Positions 63,461 to 63,548 of a DNA stretch of 63,548 nucleotides are shown here, piece after piece. The notes under the pieces are model-generated. The model saw nothing but the letters and a program-made list of their open reading frames with translations, searched no databases and was not told where the DNA came from. How positions within the stretch are numbered: the first letter of the stretch is position 1; every line of letters begins with the position of its first letter. The DNA comes from Takakia lepidozioides (Eukaryota > Plantae > Bryophyta): assembly GCA_030704615.1 (NCBI GenBank), contig CM060732.1, positions 59,210,453-59,274,000 of the forward strand. The letters run 5' to 3'. The translations under genes and the position numbers were made by a program.

Positions 63461-63548
63461 CCGATTCAGGATTACTGTCATTCGGATGTCGGCACCGATA
63501 TCCGACACGTGTGTGAATCACGACTGTAATCAGGAACACATTCATCTG

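Larger units (their letters stand above)
48000..63548. mobile_element. large Mutator-like (MULE) element carrying DNA amino-MTase-like genes; right end probably outside the window
   Basis: shift to GC/CpG-rich sequence at ~48010; central MULE transposase; shared GGCGCC palindrome arrays from ~51 kb to the window end; boundaries approximate. Confidence 0.7.

Overview
Eukaryotic, TE-rich plant DNA with spliceosomal introns and plastid-targeted gene fragments; probably a seed-free plant such as a fern or lycophyte (inference). From left to right: (i) the 3' end of a Ty3/gypsy pol (integrase), then an orphan BAH-domain ORF; (ii) an aspartyl aminopeptidase pseudogene; (iii) a complete 13.1-kb Ty3/gypsy LTR element (6921-20010) with AAGCC TSD, PBS, PPT and extra ORFs; (iv) a ~28-kb mosaic of host-gene fragments (SPH, TPR, GC1/SDR39U1, plastid sigma factor, SAM, GDSL, DnaJ) with a local duplication, MITE-like foldbacks, a near-intact LINE plus truncated copies, a solo LTR and a chromovirus remnant; (v) from ~48 kb to the window end, a large Mutator-like element. 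Element (v) is the main finding. Its MULE/SWIM transposase is flanked by two paralogous, intron-containing genes with a bacterial-type beta-class DNA amino-methyltransferase (N4C/N6A) fold. Most of its noncoding segments carry arrays of the palindromic motif AATTTCGGCGCCGAAATT. All protein family calls come from motif recognition by eye, not from database searches.
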